Assembly (NCBI GenBank): GCA_028714495.1
Contig: JAQTMH010000003.1
Location: 8,496-72,495, forward strand
Direction of reading: 5' to 3'
DNA: 64,000 nt
Source: Patescibacteria group bacterium
GTDB taxonomy: Bacteria; Patescibacteriota; Patescibacteriia; JAHIZJ01
Numbering within the stretch: the stretch's first letter is position 1; every line of letters starts with the position of its first letter. Position numbers and translations under genes: made by a program. Below, piece after piece: positions 23,887-35,801 of this stretch. The notes below the pieces were generated by a model. It had not been told where the DNA came from. It did no database searches and saw only the letters and a list, made by a program, of their open reading frames with translations.

Positions 23887-24041
23887 ACTATTGAATAATT
23901 AGAATCACTTATACAACTAAAAATTGCTTCTTTAATTCATGTTTATCATAACAGATTTTACCTGATTTTTCAAATACAAATATACCCAGTTTGGGGATAT
24001 CTTTTTGGCTAAAATAAGCGTAATAAACGTATAAAAACTGT

Positions 24042-26936
24042 CTATATTTGTCGATACTCACAGATATCACGAAAATCGCAAAACGAGCAATGAAACCCAG
24101 GCGTTGCTTTGAAGCTGCTTTTTTTCATTTGCTCAGCCGTTCTGATGATTTTGTCGCTGACCTTCTGAATCGCTTGGTCGGTCGCCTCAAAACCCACCTG
24201 CTGGCCGTCTTCGAGATAATGGTTAGACAACTTGGCAGGCTCCTTTTTCAGGCTTTCCCTGGCGGCCAGGGCGTAGATTAATAGCTGTTCTTGATCTTCT
24301 ACCTTTTTGCTTGACGGCCTTTTGCCTGTTTTATAATCAATGATCTCAACTGTTTTGTCTGATAGTTTATCAATTCGGTCAATCGCTCCCCTGATTGAAT
24401 ACTGGTCAATCTTGATGACAAATCCTTTTTCTAAAAAGAGAACCTCGGGAAATTTTCCTTGATACAAATTATAATAGGCTTTTAACGCTTTTAAACCTTG
24501 CGTTTTTCGTTCAGCCAGGTGAGCCGCCGATTCATACCATTCGTCAATCCAATTCTCCTCATAGAGTTTTTTCAGCGTCAGCCAATCATGCTTGAGATTG
24601 CGCTGGACTAGCTGAAAAAAATCTTTAAGCGTATTATGAATGGTTTTACCATAACTAAACGTATGTTTTGGCTCACCCGGCACTTTCAAGACAAATCTGA
24701 ACCGATATTGATAGGGGCAGATCCAAAAGGCTTTCAGCTGGGTAAAGCTTAAATACGTTGGTAAGCGATATTTAAAATGCTCGATTCGATGATTTAAGGT
24801 ATCTTCAGGATAATCCAGTCCGAGCGACTTTGCCCCGTCTACCGGTTTTACGAATCTATTATATTTTATTTCTTTCAAAAATCTTGAGGGCTTCTTTTTT
24901 TGCGGACCGCTATAGTGTTCAGCGGTAGTAAAAAACAGCCCATCTCTTGCCCGGGTCATCGCCACGTAAAAAAGCCTTCGTTCCTCCTGCAAATGAATGT
25001 CGCCGGTTGGAATAATTTCCTTGACCAAACCGTCCGGAACCTCGATTTGCTCCCGGCGCTCAATCGAGGGAAATCGCTTGTCCACCAGATTCACGATAAA
25101 AACATAGGGAAATTCTAAACCCTTGGCTGAATGAATCGTCAATATTTTTATCGCTTCCGGCCCTTCGCGAATCGCGCTCGGCGAAGGATCTTCGCCGATT
25201 TCCAGCATCATCGACAGTTCAGCCATGTAGGCTTTCACTGATTTGTCCTGATTGTGGCTCTCGAACTCCGAAATCCTGCTAAAAAATTTATTTATGTTCA
25301 ATATTTTTTCAGCATTGGCCAGGGATTCAGTCTTGGTTAGTCGCCCAATATAACCTGATTCCTTGATAAAACGATATAAAATCTGACCAACTGACTTGGT
25401 CCGGGTAAGCTCAGTATGATCTTCTATAAGCTGCTTTATTTTCTGCACCTTTTGGGCGTATCTGGCGGGCAAGCCGATTATTTTGGCCTCAGGCAAGGCC
25501 TCAAACAATGAAATGCTCTTCTGATCAGCGTAATAAAGAAGCTTGGTTAGTTCAATTAACGGAATACCAAAAACCGGCAAAGACAGAATCCGATAAACGG
25601 CTGAGCTTTCGTGATAATTATCAAGCAGTTTCAAATATGAAATTAAATCGATAATTTCCGGTTTTTGAAACAATCCCCGGGAAGCGATGAATTGAAAAGG
25701 CAGGCCTTGGGCTGACAGGGCCGTAATAAACAGATCAGCCATGTCATTCGCCCGCACCAGAATGGCAAAATCGTTCCAGCTGGAATTTTTCTTTTCTTTC
25801 AGTTCCACTATCTTCTTCAAAACCGCCATAACTTCCCGCTCTTGAGTTTCAGCGTGGATATGTTCAATTATCTGTTTTCCGGGGCGGTGTGATCTTAGTT
25901 TCTTGGTAATCGGCGTTCGGCCTCGGGACAATTGCGCTTCGAGGCGATTCGGGTTATTGAGCTGGATAAAGTCATAGGCCAGATCCAGTACCCCCTGCTT
26001 ATTTCGGTAATTCTCTGTTAAAACTATATTTGTCGCTTTGGGAAAGTCTTTTTTAAACTTCAAGATGTTGGAAATGGAAGCGCCGCGAAATTTAAAGATC
26101 GATTGGTCGTCGTCCCCGCAAACCGTTAAATTGTTCCGGGGAGCGGCTAAGAGCTTGACCAACTCATACTGAGCGTAGTTGGTATCTTGAAATTCATCAA
26201 CTAAAATATATTTAAATTGCCGCCGATATTTTTCCAGGATAGTTTTTCTGGTCTGGAGAAGCTTCAGCGCGTAGAGAATTAAATCGCCAAAATCGAGCCA
26301 GCCATTTTCGTGCAAAAGTTTTTGATATACCTCATAAGCTTGAGCGACCTCCAATATCTTTTCAGCCTCTTCTTTTTCCTCCGGGGTTTTGGCCGCGTCT
26401 TTGGCGATTCTCTCTGAGGCATAGCGCAGGTACGCGTCGGGTTCAATGTGTTCGTCTTTTAGCCTGGAAAAGTGCTTGACCAAGGCGTAGATAAAACGAT
26501 TCGGATTGCCCAGCGGCCGGTAGTATTTTAATTTGAAACGTTCGAAATTCTGCCTGACCAGAAACCATTGCTCCGGCGCCGAAAGAATCTTAAAACCGGG
26601 GCTCAAGCCCAGATCCAGGGCGTGATCTTTCAAGACCCTTTCGCCAAACGAATGAAAAGTCGAAACCCACAAATCCACGTAGCCGTAAGGCAAGAGCTGA
26701 TCAACCCGCTCTTCCATCTCGCCCGCGGCTTTGTCAGTGAAGGTCAGAGCCAATATCTGGTCAGGTTCAGCTTTCTTATTATAAATCAACCAGGCCAAAC
26801 GATGGGTAATCACCGTGGTCTTTCCGGTTCCGGCTCCGGCTACGATTAAGAGCGGCCCGTCACCAAATTTGACCGCTGCTTTTTGCTGGATATTTAATTG
26901 TTTAAATGTTTTATCAAAAAAATCTGTTTTTAGCAT
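24042..26936 (-). CDS. UvrD/PcrA-family helicase fused to a PD-(D/E)XK nuclease (AdnA/B-like)
   Basis: AGAGTGKT, DEFQD, HSAKGLEF, YVAMTRA; C-terminal IDRID...IIDYKTG with four Cys. Confidence 0.92.
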   Translation of the reverse strand: MLKTDFFDKTFKQLNIQQKAAVKFGDGPLLIVAGAGTGKTTVITHRLAWLIYNKKAEPDQILALTFTDKAAGEMEERVDQLLPYGYVDLWVSTFHSFGERVLKDHALDLGLSPGFKILSAPEQWFLVRQNFERFKLKYYRPLGNPNRFIYALVKHFSRLKDEHIEPDAYLRYASERIAKDAAKTPEEKEEAEKILEVAQAYEVYQKLLHENGWLDFGDLILYALKLLQTRKTILEKYRRQFKYILVDEFQDTNYAQYELVKLLAAPRNNLTVCGDDDQSIFKFRGASISNILKFKKDFPKATNIVLTENYRNKQGVLDLAYDFIQLNNPNRLEAQLSRGRTPITKKLRSHRPGKQIIEHIHAETQEREVMAVLKKIVELKEKKNSSWNDFAILVRANDMADLFITALSAQGLPFQFIASRGLFQKPEIIDLISYLKLLDNYHESSAVYRILSLPVFGIPLIELTKLLYYADQKSISLFEALPEAKIIGLPARYAQKVQKIKQLIEDHTELTRTKSVGQILYRFIKESGYIGRLTKTESLANAEKILNINKFFSRISEFESHNQDKSVKAYMAELSMMLEIGEDPSPSAIREGPEAIKILTIHSAKGLEFPYVFIVNLVDKRFPSIERREQIEVPDGLVKEIIPTGDIHLQEERRLFYVAMTRARDGLFFTTAEHYSGPQKKKPSRFLKEIKYNRFVKPVDGAKSLGLDYPEDTLNHRIEHFKYRLPTYLSFTQLKAFWICPYQYRFRFVLKVPGEPKHTFSYGKTIHNTLKDFFQLVQRNLKHDWLTLKKLYEENWIDEWYESAAHLAERKTQGLKALKAYYNLYQGKFPEVLFLEKGFVIKIDQYSIRGAIDRIDKLSDKTVEIIDYKTGKRPSSKKVEDQEQLLIYALAARESLKKEPAKLSNHYLEDGQQVGFEATDQAIQKVSDKIIRTAEQMKKSSFKATPGFHCSFCDFRDICEYRQI

Positions 26937-26938
26937 AT

Positions 26939-27655
26939 CTATATTTTAAACCTTTTTTCGGATGAATCAACCTTTATTTTATATTTCAGGAGTCTCCTGG
27001 CCAACCTGGGATGTTTCCGATAAAGCTTTGCCCAAGCCACTATTAACGCGTGATATTCATTGTAGAGGCTGGGCTTTTTCGGCAATCTAGTTTCAAACCA
27101 ATTTTGATATTCATCGTAATTACTAAATTGCTTATGAAAAACCTTGAGCCAGCGTTTGGTGTAGGTATCAACCACAAAAATCGGTTTTCCGCCGGCATAC
27201 AAAAGAATCGAATCAGATGTTTCTGGACCAAGCCCGTATAAACCTAAAAGCTCATTTCGGCATTGTGCCAATTCATTTCGAAAGAAAACTTTTAAATCTC
27301 CCAGGTAGTCTCTTTTGAGCCAATTTGAAAACGCCTTCAGCTTTTTTGCCTTTTGATTGTAGTAGCCGCTGGGCCGAATTAAATCAGCCAGGCGCTTTTG
27401 TTTCACCTTATTTAAGGCGTCTGGTTTAAGCAACCGACTCTTTTTTAAGTTTATCAAGGCCTTGGCCGCGTTTTTCCAAGCCGCGTTTTGGGTAAGAATC
27501 GCGCCAACCGCGATTTCAAACATTTGCCCAGAGGTTAATCTTGGCCGCTTTTTATAAACCGGCGTCCATTCTCCTTTTCGCTTTTCTAAAATCGGCCACC
27601 AACCTTGAGGGCCAAAATAGCGTAATATACGCCGGTACAGTACCAAGGGTTTCAT
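26939..27655 (-). CDS. HhH-GPD endonuclease III-related protein
   Basis: GPQGWWP, GAILTQN, GLGPETSDSILLY, VDTYT. Confidence 0.88.
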   Translation of the reverse strand: MKPLVLYRRILRYFGPQGWWPILEKRKGEWTPVYKKRPRLTSGQMFEIAVGAILTQNAAWKNAAKALINLKKSRLLKPDALNKVKQKRLADLIRPSGYYNQKAKKLKAFSNWLKRDYLGDLKVFFRNELAQCRNELLGLYGLGPETSDSILLYAGGKPIFVVDTYTKRWLKVFHKQFSNYDEYQNWFETRLPKKPSLYNEYHALIVAWAKLYRKHPRLARRLLKYKIKVDSSEKRFKI

Positions 27656-27759
27656 GTATCTATTATACCACGTGGATAAACGAATGCTTTTCTGTCTATT
27701 TTATTTATCACAAAACTCGCGAAACTTACGCGCTTCGAACCAAATCGATTATCGAGATG

Positions 27760-28212
27760 TTATATCTTTTCTACTAAAATTACTGCCTGCTGATCAGTAC
27801 CCAAACCCTGCGCCTGTTGCAGGGTAAAACGATAGCCATTCAATTCCTTTATTGGTTCATCCACAGTGCCGCTTTGTTCAGCCAAGCTCAGCAACAAACC
27901 ATCAGTGTCATTTATAGTCAGCCTGACCACGTAAACCCGACCTAGCTCCGCCCCCTCGGTCTTTATCGCGACCCCTTCATTTGTTATGGTTAAACTCCCT
28001 AAAACATTTTTCGCGGTCGCGCCGCTTTTGATAACAAGCTGCTGGCTGGTATTTTCTGGTTTATTTTCATTCGCTTCACCACCCGCGGCATTCGAATTGT
28101 CCGTTTTTGAACTGTCGTTAAAAAACGGCTTGAGATTGAATTTCCAAGCTGCGAATATTGTCCCGCCAATAATCAGAACAATGATGATTAGTATGATGTA
28201 GTTTTTGCTCAT
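27760..28212 (-). CDS. Hypothetical membrane-anchored protein
   Basis: N-terminal TM, low-complexity linker, small beta-rich domain. Confidence 0.7.
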   Translation of the reverse strand: MSKNYIILIIIVLIIGGTIFAAWKFNLKPFFNDSSKTDNSNAAGGEANENKPENTSQQLVIKSGATAKNVLGSLTITNEGVAIKTEGAELGRVYVVRLTINDTDGLLLSLAEQSGTVDEPIKELNGYRFTLQQAQGLGTDQQAVILVEKI

Positions 28213-28293
28213 GATGTAGATTTAATACTTTTCTTAATTCTAGTCAATTACTCCGTCCTTTACAATTATTAATTTTGAATTCTTAATTTCTTA

Positions 28294-29091
28294 CTAGACC
28301 GGTCTCAATGTTCCAAACCATACCTGCCAAGCCAAAAGAGATTTGGCGAGCAGGCTAAGTATGATATAAACTCGCTCGCCGTATAAATAATCTCGCCATT
28401 TTCCCACCTTTTTATACTGCAGCACCATATTTACGGCGAAGACGTTAAAGAATACGAAAAGTGAAAAGAAGATCCAATAGACAAAGGTCGGAGCCTGGCC
28501 AGTGGCACCGCCGGCAAAAAAGAGATAAAGCGCGATCGCCACCCAGGGTATTGCGCCAGCCAGTGAACCAAAATAAAACGACGTCCAATTTGTCTTGGCG
28601 GTTGTTTGGTTGTGCAGCTCCATCATCCAGCCAAAAAGTATCATCATCATATTCAGGAAAAACATCAGCATAAGGCTGACGCCATCATACATTCCCACCA
28701 GTGCGGCAATAACCACAATCATCAACGATGAACTGAAAGCATATTCTATCCAACGCGCGTAATTAGCGCCTTTGAGCAGATTCCGATTATACCATTCGTT
28801 AATCCCCGGCAATGAAATCATCAAATGCGCCAAGGCTGATAAAAACAAAAATCCGGCCACTAAGGGACCCAATCGAAGAGTAAACAACTCTTTTAAAACC
28901 GGCTCAAGCTTACCCGTTATTTTATTGAATTCCACAAAGGCCGAGTTGATGGGCAAGCTGAATTTATTGCTTAAAGCTAACATCAGAATGCCCTGGGCCA
29001 GATGAAGAAAAAACATCATTAAATTAAAACGCTTCAGTCTTTTAAAACGGTCGCTGTTGTCCGCAGTTGAGGAAATGTTTGAATCTTCCAT
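28294..29091 (-). CDS. Heliorhodopsin
   Basis: 7 TM, HLAQG, RWIEY, SSSLM, GE..YIILSLLAKSLLAWQ (retinal Lys in SxxxK). Confidence 0.93.
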   Translation of the reverse strand: MEDSNISSTADNSDRFKRLKRFNLMMFFLHLAQGILMLALSNKFSLPINSAFVEFNKITGKLEPVLKELFTLRLGPLVAGFLFLSALAHLMISLPGINEWYNRNLLKGANYARWIEYAFSSSLMIVVIAALVGMYDGVSLMLMFFLNMMMILFGWMMELHNQTTAKTNWTSFYFGSLAGAIPWVAIALYLFFAGGATGQAPTFVYWIFFSLFVFFNVFAVNMVLQYKKVGKWRDYLYGERVYIILSLLAKSLLAWQVWFGTLRPV

Positions 29092-29138
29092 GTGTTTAAA
29101 TAATGTAAACTATTTATAATATCTTGGATTCCTAACTT

Positions 29139-29345
29139 TTACTCTCCCAAAATCCACTCAAGCAGTTTGATTTGTTCTTTAGTAACCTTCTCTTTTAAAT
29201 CAAATTCCGCTCTCAGCTCTTTACTTTGTTCGGAATCCTCTTGTAAATCTTCGTCTTGAAGCGCCTCTTCAAATTCATCATCGATTCCGTCCTCAATCTC
29301 CTCTAGCTCTTCTATTTTTTGTCTGATTTCATCTTCAGTTTTCAT
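29139..29345 (-). CDS. Small acidic coiled-coil protein
   Basis: 68-aa ORF, MKTEDEIR...LEWILGE. Confidence 0.65.
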   Translation of the reverse strand: MKTEDEIRQKIEELEEIEDGIDDEFEEALQDEDLQEDSEQSKELRAEFDLKEKVTKEQIKLLEWILGE

Positions 29346-29505
29346 GTTTGATATTTAGCTAATAATAAAGATTTTTTCGTATTGACAATTCGAATTTATT
29401 TTATGTCTTATGAACTAATAAATCAAGCGTCCAGGCAGTGCTAACGAATACCGCCGGATTTTAAACCGGCGGCATTCTATTCGTTCTTATCGTTTGCCCT
29501 GCCTA

Positions 29506-30063
29506 TTATTCCGTTTCATTCGTATCAAAAGCATTTGTGTTATCCGAGGTGCTGTCAGTCTTCGAAGCGCTGATCACTACCGTGTTTTTCCCGTCTTCGC
29601 TACCCTTGTTTATCCCAACCGAAACCATGCGATTTTCCTTTTCGGCCCAGATCGCGGCTGAACCCTCATAAACCATTGAGCTGGTTATGGCCCAGCCGTC
29701 CGCCTTTAGTTCGGTATCATAGAGGGCTTTTACTTCGCTGACGGTCTTTGAAGTTTCAATCGAGATTGAATAATCCTTGTCTTTGGTGTAAGTGAAGGCG
29801 GCGGTAATATTTCCGTCAACCAAATAAATATCGTCAGGAAAACCGTCGGGCAAGCTGACGTTCTCGCCGGCCTCATATGAACTGTTGTTGGTATTGATTT
29901 TTACCGTATTTTTGCTGACATCGACGTCAGCCTGGCCTTTAGTCGCTGTTTCCAGAGCCTTTTCAGCGGCTTTCTCGGCTGAGGATTTGCCGCAGCCGGT
30001 TAAAACCAATGCGATCGCCACAACGAGCATTGGCGCAATAAACCAAATTTTTTTGTTAAGCAT
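29506..30063 (-). CDS. Putative lipoprotein
   Basis: Lipobox LTGC, LPDGFP motif. Confidence 0.75.
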   Translation of the reverse strand: MLNKKIWFIAPMLVVAIALVLTGCGKSSAEKAAEKALETATKGQADVDVSKNTVKINTNNSSYEAGENVSLPDGFPDDIYLVDGNITAAFTYTKDKDYSISIETSKTVSEVKALYDTELKADGWAITSSMVYEGSAAIWAEKENRMVSVGINKGSEDGKNTVVISASKTDSTSDNTNAFDTNETE

Positions 30064-30141
30064 GGTTATATAATTAATTAAATATTAGCCAATTTAATAT
30101 TATCATATCATCAAACAAATGACAAATAAACTCGCACCCCC

Positions 30142-30169
30142 TTGACAAATATTAGGGGCGGTGTATAAT
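30142..30169 (+). promoter_or_regulatory. Sigma70-type promoter
   Basis: TTGACA (30142-47), 16-bp spacer, TATAAT (30164-69). Confidence 0.75.
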
Positions 30170-30175
30170 GCCAAA

Positions 30176-31075
30176 GTTGCGTGTTTTTACGGGGTGATAT
30201 TGCTGCTACCGCTGGGGCGCTAGCTAGTCAGATCTTTTGGCTACCTAATGCCTCGGCAATACCCATAGGCCATATAGGAGGGACTTGCCAATGGGCTAGC
30301 AAGCTAATTACCGCGCGAACGGACTTGAGAAAACTGCAAGGAGCTTCAGTCCACCGGTTGTCTGACCCCGCTCTCAAAGTGGTGTCAGGCAACCACTCTA
30401 ATGCGGTCTACTGCGGTCCACCACAGGGAGGAAGGCCCATGCAGACACGCTACGAAAAGTAAGGTTTGCAGCCGGAAGGTTGCTCATGCGGAAACCTGGA
30501 CATACCCGCGGGTTACACCTGGCACTTTGCCGAAAACCCGAAAAGGAAAATCCGTCTTTCGAAGGCATCGCCAGATTGACGGAATGTCCCCTTGACGCCT
30601 GGGTATAAGGCGGAATCCTCCAAAATCCCTGGAGGTCCCTCTTTGCCAGTACGTCGCCGGCACTATGCAGAATGGCGATGATGCTGTCTCCGAGGTGTTC
30701 GCGGCACCGTTGTCGCCAGGGTATCGCGCTGCTGCTAATACGGCATCTCGCAGTGGCGCCACGAGGTTGCACTTTGATAAAATCAATTCGTTCGATCTTC
30801 CAGGGCAGGGGTCGCCCCACGCGTGTCGCCGGGCTTTCCGCGATCAGTCGCGCGCGGGCCACCCCTCCCTGGTCTGTCTGGACCCGTTATGGTGGCCGGG
30901 AGCCAATCTTCCGGTTGCGGTGGGGATTTGCCGCCGGCTTTCGCTGGCGGTGCCACTGCTGCGTGCTTCGCGCGCTGCGAGCACCACTCCTGGGGTCTGG
31001 GCACGGGGCGGAGAATTTCATTGGCCGGGGCAGCTTGCTGCCACCGACTCAATGAGACTCCGCCCCTCTTTTTAT
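30176..31075 (+). ncRNA. Candidate ~900-nt large structured non-coding RNA
   Basis: GC-rich block between a consensus promoter and a hairpin/T-run; many nested helices whose mismatches read as G-U on +; only short non-protein-like ORFs. Confidence 0.65.
31005..31075 (+). terminator. Long terminal hairpin plus T-tract
   Basis: GGGGCGGAG (31005-13) pairs with CTCCGCCCC (31058-66), then TCTTTTT. Confidence 0.7.
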
Positions 31076-31148
31076 TTGTTTAGAACCAATAAAAGTATCG
31101 AGTTACAATCATTAATTCAGTTTATACATAGCCGGAGCCACTACAAAT

Positions 31149-31261
31149 AACCCCGCCCCTATCCTAAAGATGTCTGTCGTAATAGTAAAAGCATAGCCGC
31201 TAGGCGGCTTCGCCTTACGTCCATGAAATACTTATGACATTACTGGGATAGGGGCGGGGTT
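31149..31261. repeat. Long inverted repeat with central bubble (6S-like or REP-derived)
   Basis: 16-bp perfect arms AACCCCGCCCCTATCC/GGATAGGGGCGGGGTT, inner ATGTC/GACAT and AGCCGC/GCGGCT. Confidence 0.6.
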
Positions 31262-31373
31262 TGATATTTTTTAATTTAGCACTACAAATGATCAAACGCA
31301 GGCGATGAAACCTTGCCCCATACTCGATACGATGGTTTCCTCGCCTACGTTGATATTATCGTTATAAATACCT

Positions 31374-31841
31374 TTATTCACCCGACTGTTTTTTCTTCAG
31401 CTCGTCTTCTCTTATTACCCGATCAGCCCGTTTCGTGCGGTGGCGTTCAGCTACCCGAAGCCTGGCCAATTCCTTCTCGATCTTGGACATTACGGCGGCG
31501 AATTCCTTCTGATCGGTCCGGCGGGTTTTCAGAAGCTCTTCAGCCTTTTGATGCGCTTCTTTGGCTCTCTCAATGTCTATTTCCTCGGCCCGTTCCGCGG
31601 TTTCAGCCAGGACCACGACTTTATTTGGCTGGATCTCGGCAAAGCCGGCTGAAATGGCCATCGGGACCTCATCAGTCCCTTTCTTCACCCGCAGCTCGCC
31701 GGCTGACAGCGCCGTAATCAAAGGCACATGATGAGGCAGTACCGTAATCTCTCCCATTGGCGTAGGCAGAGATACCTGGTCAATCTCGTCATTGTAGACG
31801 ACGCGTTCAGGCGTGACAATTTGGAAATTTATCTTAGCCAT
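31374..31841 (-). CDS. atpC: ATP synthase F1 epsilon
   Basis: IVTPER, GEITVLPHHVP; last gene of the operon. Confidence 0.95.
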   Translation of the reverse strand: MAKINFQIVTPERVVYNDEIDQVSLPTPMGEITVLPHHVPLITALSAGELRVKKGTDEVPMAISAGFAEIQPNKVVVLAETAERAEEIDIERAKEAHQKAEELLKTRRTDQKEFAAVMSKIEKELARLRVAERHRTKRADRVIREDELKKKQSGE

Positions 31842-31851
31842 AGATAATTTA

Positions 31852-33243
<1,392 letters not shown>

Positions 33244-33316
33244 TTAATAATTCAGAATGTAAAATTATAGTGATAGAATTTGATGAGCGAGTGATTCACT
33301 TCTTTTTAATTATTAA

Positions 33317-34237
33317 TTAATCAGTCAATACGGTCCGTGAAGCGGAAATCTCAGCCAAGTCCCTGGTAATGCTCGCCTGCCGCGCCTGGTTGAAGCTCAA
33401 AGTCAGATCATTGATAAATTCATCGGCATTCTCAGTGGCATTGCGCATGGCCATCATTCTAGCCGAGTGTTCTGAGGCGTTTGACTCGAGCACGGCTTGG
33501 TAGATTTGAACCTCTACCAAACGGGGCAAAATTACCCGCAGTACTTCTTCGGGCGAAGGCTCAAAGAGATATTCGGAAAAATCCGCTTCAAATTTGGGTT
33601 GAGGCGTACTCTGACCGGCATCTTTTACCACGCCTAATTCTTCAATTTTTTGTCCAATCGGCAAAACCTGGCGCAATCTCGGTATCTGCTTCAGGGCTGA
33701 AACAAAATCGGTAAAGGCCATCATTACCCGGTCATATTTACCGCTGCTGAAATCATTGATAATTAAATACGATAAGGGCGTGATCTCTGACAAATCAGTA
33801 ACCACGTCCATTTTTTCAAACTCAGCCAGGATTTGATAGCCCAGCTTAAAAACAGCTTCCCGGCCCCGTTTGCCCAGAACAATCAGATTCAGCGCGACCT
33901 CTGGCTGTTCCAACTTGCGCTTCGTCACGTAATCAGAAACTAATCGGATGATCTGCTGATTAAACCCGCCGCATAATCCCCGGTTTGAGCTGATCAGCAC
34001 GATCGCTTCGCTTTTTACGGGCCGCTCCTGGAGCAGGACATATTGGCTTCGATCGGTTCGGCTGGCCAGATTTAAAACCGTTTCCCAGGCCAAACTGGAA
34101 TAGGGCCGGGTCGCTAAAACGGCTTTAATCGCCTTGCGCATCTTTGAGGCGGCGACCAGCTCCATGGCTTTGGTTATTTGCTTGGTGCTGGTGACTGAGC
34201 GGATGCGCCTTTTTATGTCTCTGGTATTGGCTGGCAT
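33317..34237 (-). CDS. atpG: ATP synthase F1 gamma
   Basis: ITKAMELVAASK, RGLCGGFN, RQASIT. Confidence 0.98.
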   Translation of the reverse strand: MPANTRDIKRRIRSVTSTKQITKAMELVAASKMRKAIKAVLATRPYSSLAWETVLNLASRTDRSQYVLLQERPVKSEAIVLISSNRGLCGGFNQQIIRLVSDYVTKRKLEQPEVALNLIVLGKRGREAVFKLGYQILAEFEKMDVVTDLSEITPLSYLIINDFSSGKYDRVMMAFTDFVSALKQIPRLRQVLPIGQKIEELGVVKDAGQSTPQPKFEADFSEYLFEPSPEEVLRVILPRLVEVQIYQAVLESNASEHSARMMAMRNATENADEFINDLTLSFNQARQASITRDLAEISASRTVLTD

Positions 34238-34255
34238 GAATGATGATTAGATTCC

Positions 34256-35773
34256 CTATTTATTTTCTGATTGAAATACTTTCTTATACTCCTCAATCGC
34301 TTCTTTCAAGCCCGCTTCAATCTCGGGAGTGAGTTCGGCTTTTGTCTTAAGCTCGGCCATAAAACTCTCCTTCTGAGTGTCCAAATACTGATGCAGTCCG
34401 ATTTCAAACGCCGGGGCTTGTTCAACCGGCAAATCATCGAGCATCCCCTTGACCACTGCGTATAGAATGACAATCTGATTGGTCACGGGCAATGGAACGT
34501 ATTGCGGTTGTTTCAGAATCTCGGTTATCCGCTTGCCGCGTTCAAGCCTTTGCTGGGTGGTTTCATCCAGATCAGAGCCAAACTGGGCAAAGGCGGCTAA
34601 TTCGCGGTACTGGGCTAAATCGAGCCGCAGACTGCCAGCCACCTTTTTCATCGCCTTGCTCTGAGCGGCTGAGCCGACCCGCGATACTGACAAACCGATA
34701 TTCAAGGCCGGCCTGATGCCCTGGTAGAATAAATCGCCTTCCAGGAAAATCTGTCCGTCGGTAATGGAAATGACGTTCGTCGGTATGTAGGCCGAGATAT
34801 CTCCGGCCTGAGTTTCAATTATCGGCAGAGCGGTCAGCGAGCCTCCGCCGTGCTTTTTATCCATCTTGGCCGCGCGTTCGAGCAACCGTGAATGAAGATA
34901 GAAAATATCGCCTGGAAAAGCCTCGCGTCCGGGCGGCCGTCGTAGCAAAAGTGAAACCTGCCGGTATGATACGGCGTGCTTTGATAAATCGTCGTAAATC
35001 ACCAGGGCGTCCTTGCCGGCATCCATGAAATATTCACCCATGGCGCAGCCGGCATAGGGCGCGATGTATGAAAGCGAGGCTGGGTCAGAGGCTGAGGTGA
35101 CAATTACCGTAGTATATTTCATGGCTCCGCGTTTTTCGAGCTCAGCCACGATTCTGGCGATCTTCGATTCCTTTTGGCCGATCGCGACATAGAAACAGAA
35201 GACATTCTGGTTCTGCTGGTTGATAATCGTATCTATGGCAATGGCGGTTTTCCCAGTCTGCCGGTCGCCGATAATCAGCTCGCGCTGGCCCCGGCCGATC
35301 GGAATCATCGAATCAATCGCTTTTAATCCGGTCTGCAGCGGGGTGTTTACCGCTTGCCTGGTTACCACGCCCGGTGCGATCTTTTCCACCGGATAATATT
35401 TTTCACCCCTGATCTCGCCTTTTCCGTCCAGAGGCCGGCCCAGAGGATCAATCACCCGGCCGATCACAGCTTTGCCAACCGGCACTTCGAGAATCCGACC
35501 CGTGCTTTTGACTGTGTCGCCTTCTTTAAGATGATTGTATTCGCCCAGAATAATCGCGCCGACCGAATCTTCATCAAGATTTAGGGCCACGCCCATGGTG
35601 TTTCCTGGGAACTCAAGCATTTCCGAAGAGCGGCATTCGCTTAAACCCGATATCCGGGCAATGCCGTCGCCGACTTCGATAATCTGGCCGACTTTTTCGA
35701 CCTTGACGCTTTCCCGGAAACCGGCGATCTGCTTTTTTAATGACTCGATTACGTAATCTTTTGTCGTTGACAT
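34256..35773 (-). CDS. atpA: ATP synthase F1 alpha
   Basis: [20 protein letters not shown]. Confidence 0.99.
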   Translation of the reverse strand: MSTTKDYVIESLKKQIAGFRESVKVEKVGQIIEVGDGIARISGLSECRSSEMLEFPGNTMGVALNLDEDSVGAIILGEYNHLKEGDTVKSTGRILEVPVGKAVIGRVIDPLGRPLDGKGEIRGEKYYPVEKIAPGVVTRQAVNTPLQTGLKAIDSMIPIGRGQRELIIGDRQTGKTAIAIDTIINQQNQNVFCFYVAIGQKESKIARIVAELEKRGAMKYTTVIVTSASDPASLSYIAPYAGCAMGEYFMDAGKDALVIYDDLSKHAVSYRQVSLLLRRPPGREAFPGDIFYLHSRLLERAAKMDKKHGGGSLTALPIIETQAGDISAYIPTNVISITDGQIFLEGDLFYQGIRPALNIGLSVSRVGSAAQSKAMKKVAGSLRLDLAQYRELAAFAQFGSDLDETTQQRLERGKRITEILKQPQYVPLPVTNQIVILYAVVKGMLDDLPVEQAPAFEIGLHQYLDTQKESFMAELKTKAELTPEIEAGLKEAIEEYKKVFQSENK

Positions 35774-35801
35774 AATTTTATGACTTTCAAATATGAAATA
35801 A

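Noticed and set aside
30191-30423. GGGGTG... and ...TCCACCA as possible tmRNA ends
   Set aside because: No T-arm (GTTCRA) before the CCA and the acceptor stem does not pair
30427-30448. GAGGAAGGCCCATGC resembles the RNase P P4 5' strand (GAGGAAAGUCCAUGC)
   Set aside because: No matching 3' P4 strand (ACA.AA...GGCUUA) or other universal RNase P motifs found downstream; a cmscan is still needed to exclude it formally
30181-31150. Eight overlapping 64-161-aa ORFs on both strands
   Set aside because: No SD, Arg/Pro/Gly-rich composition and no motifs; expected by chance in GC-rich DNA
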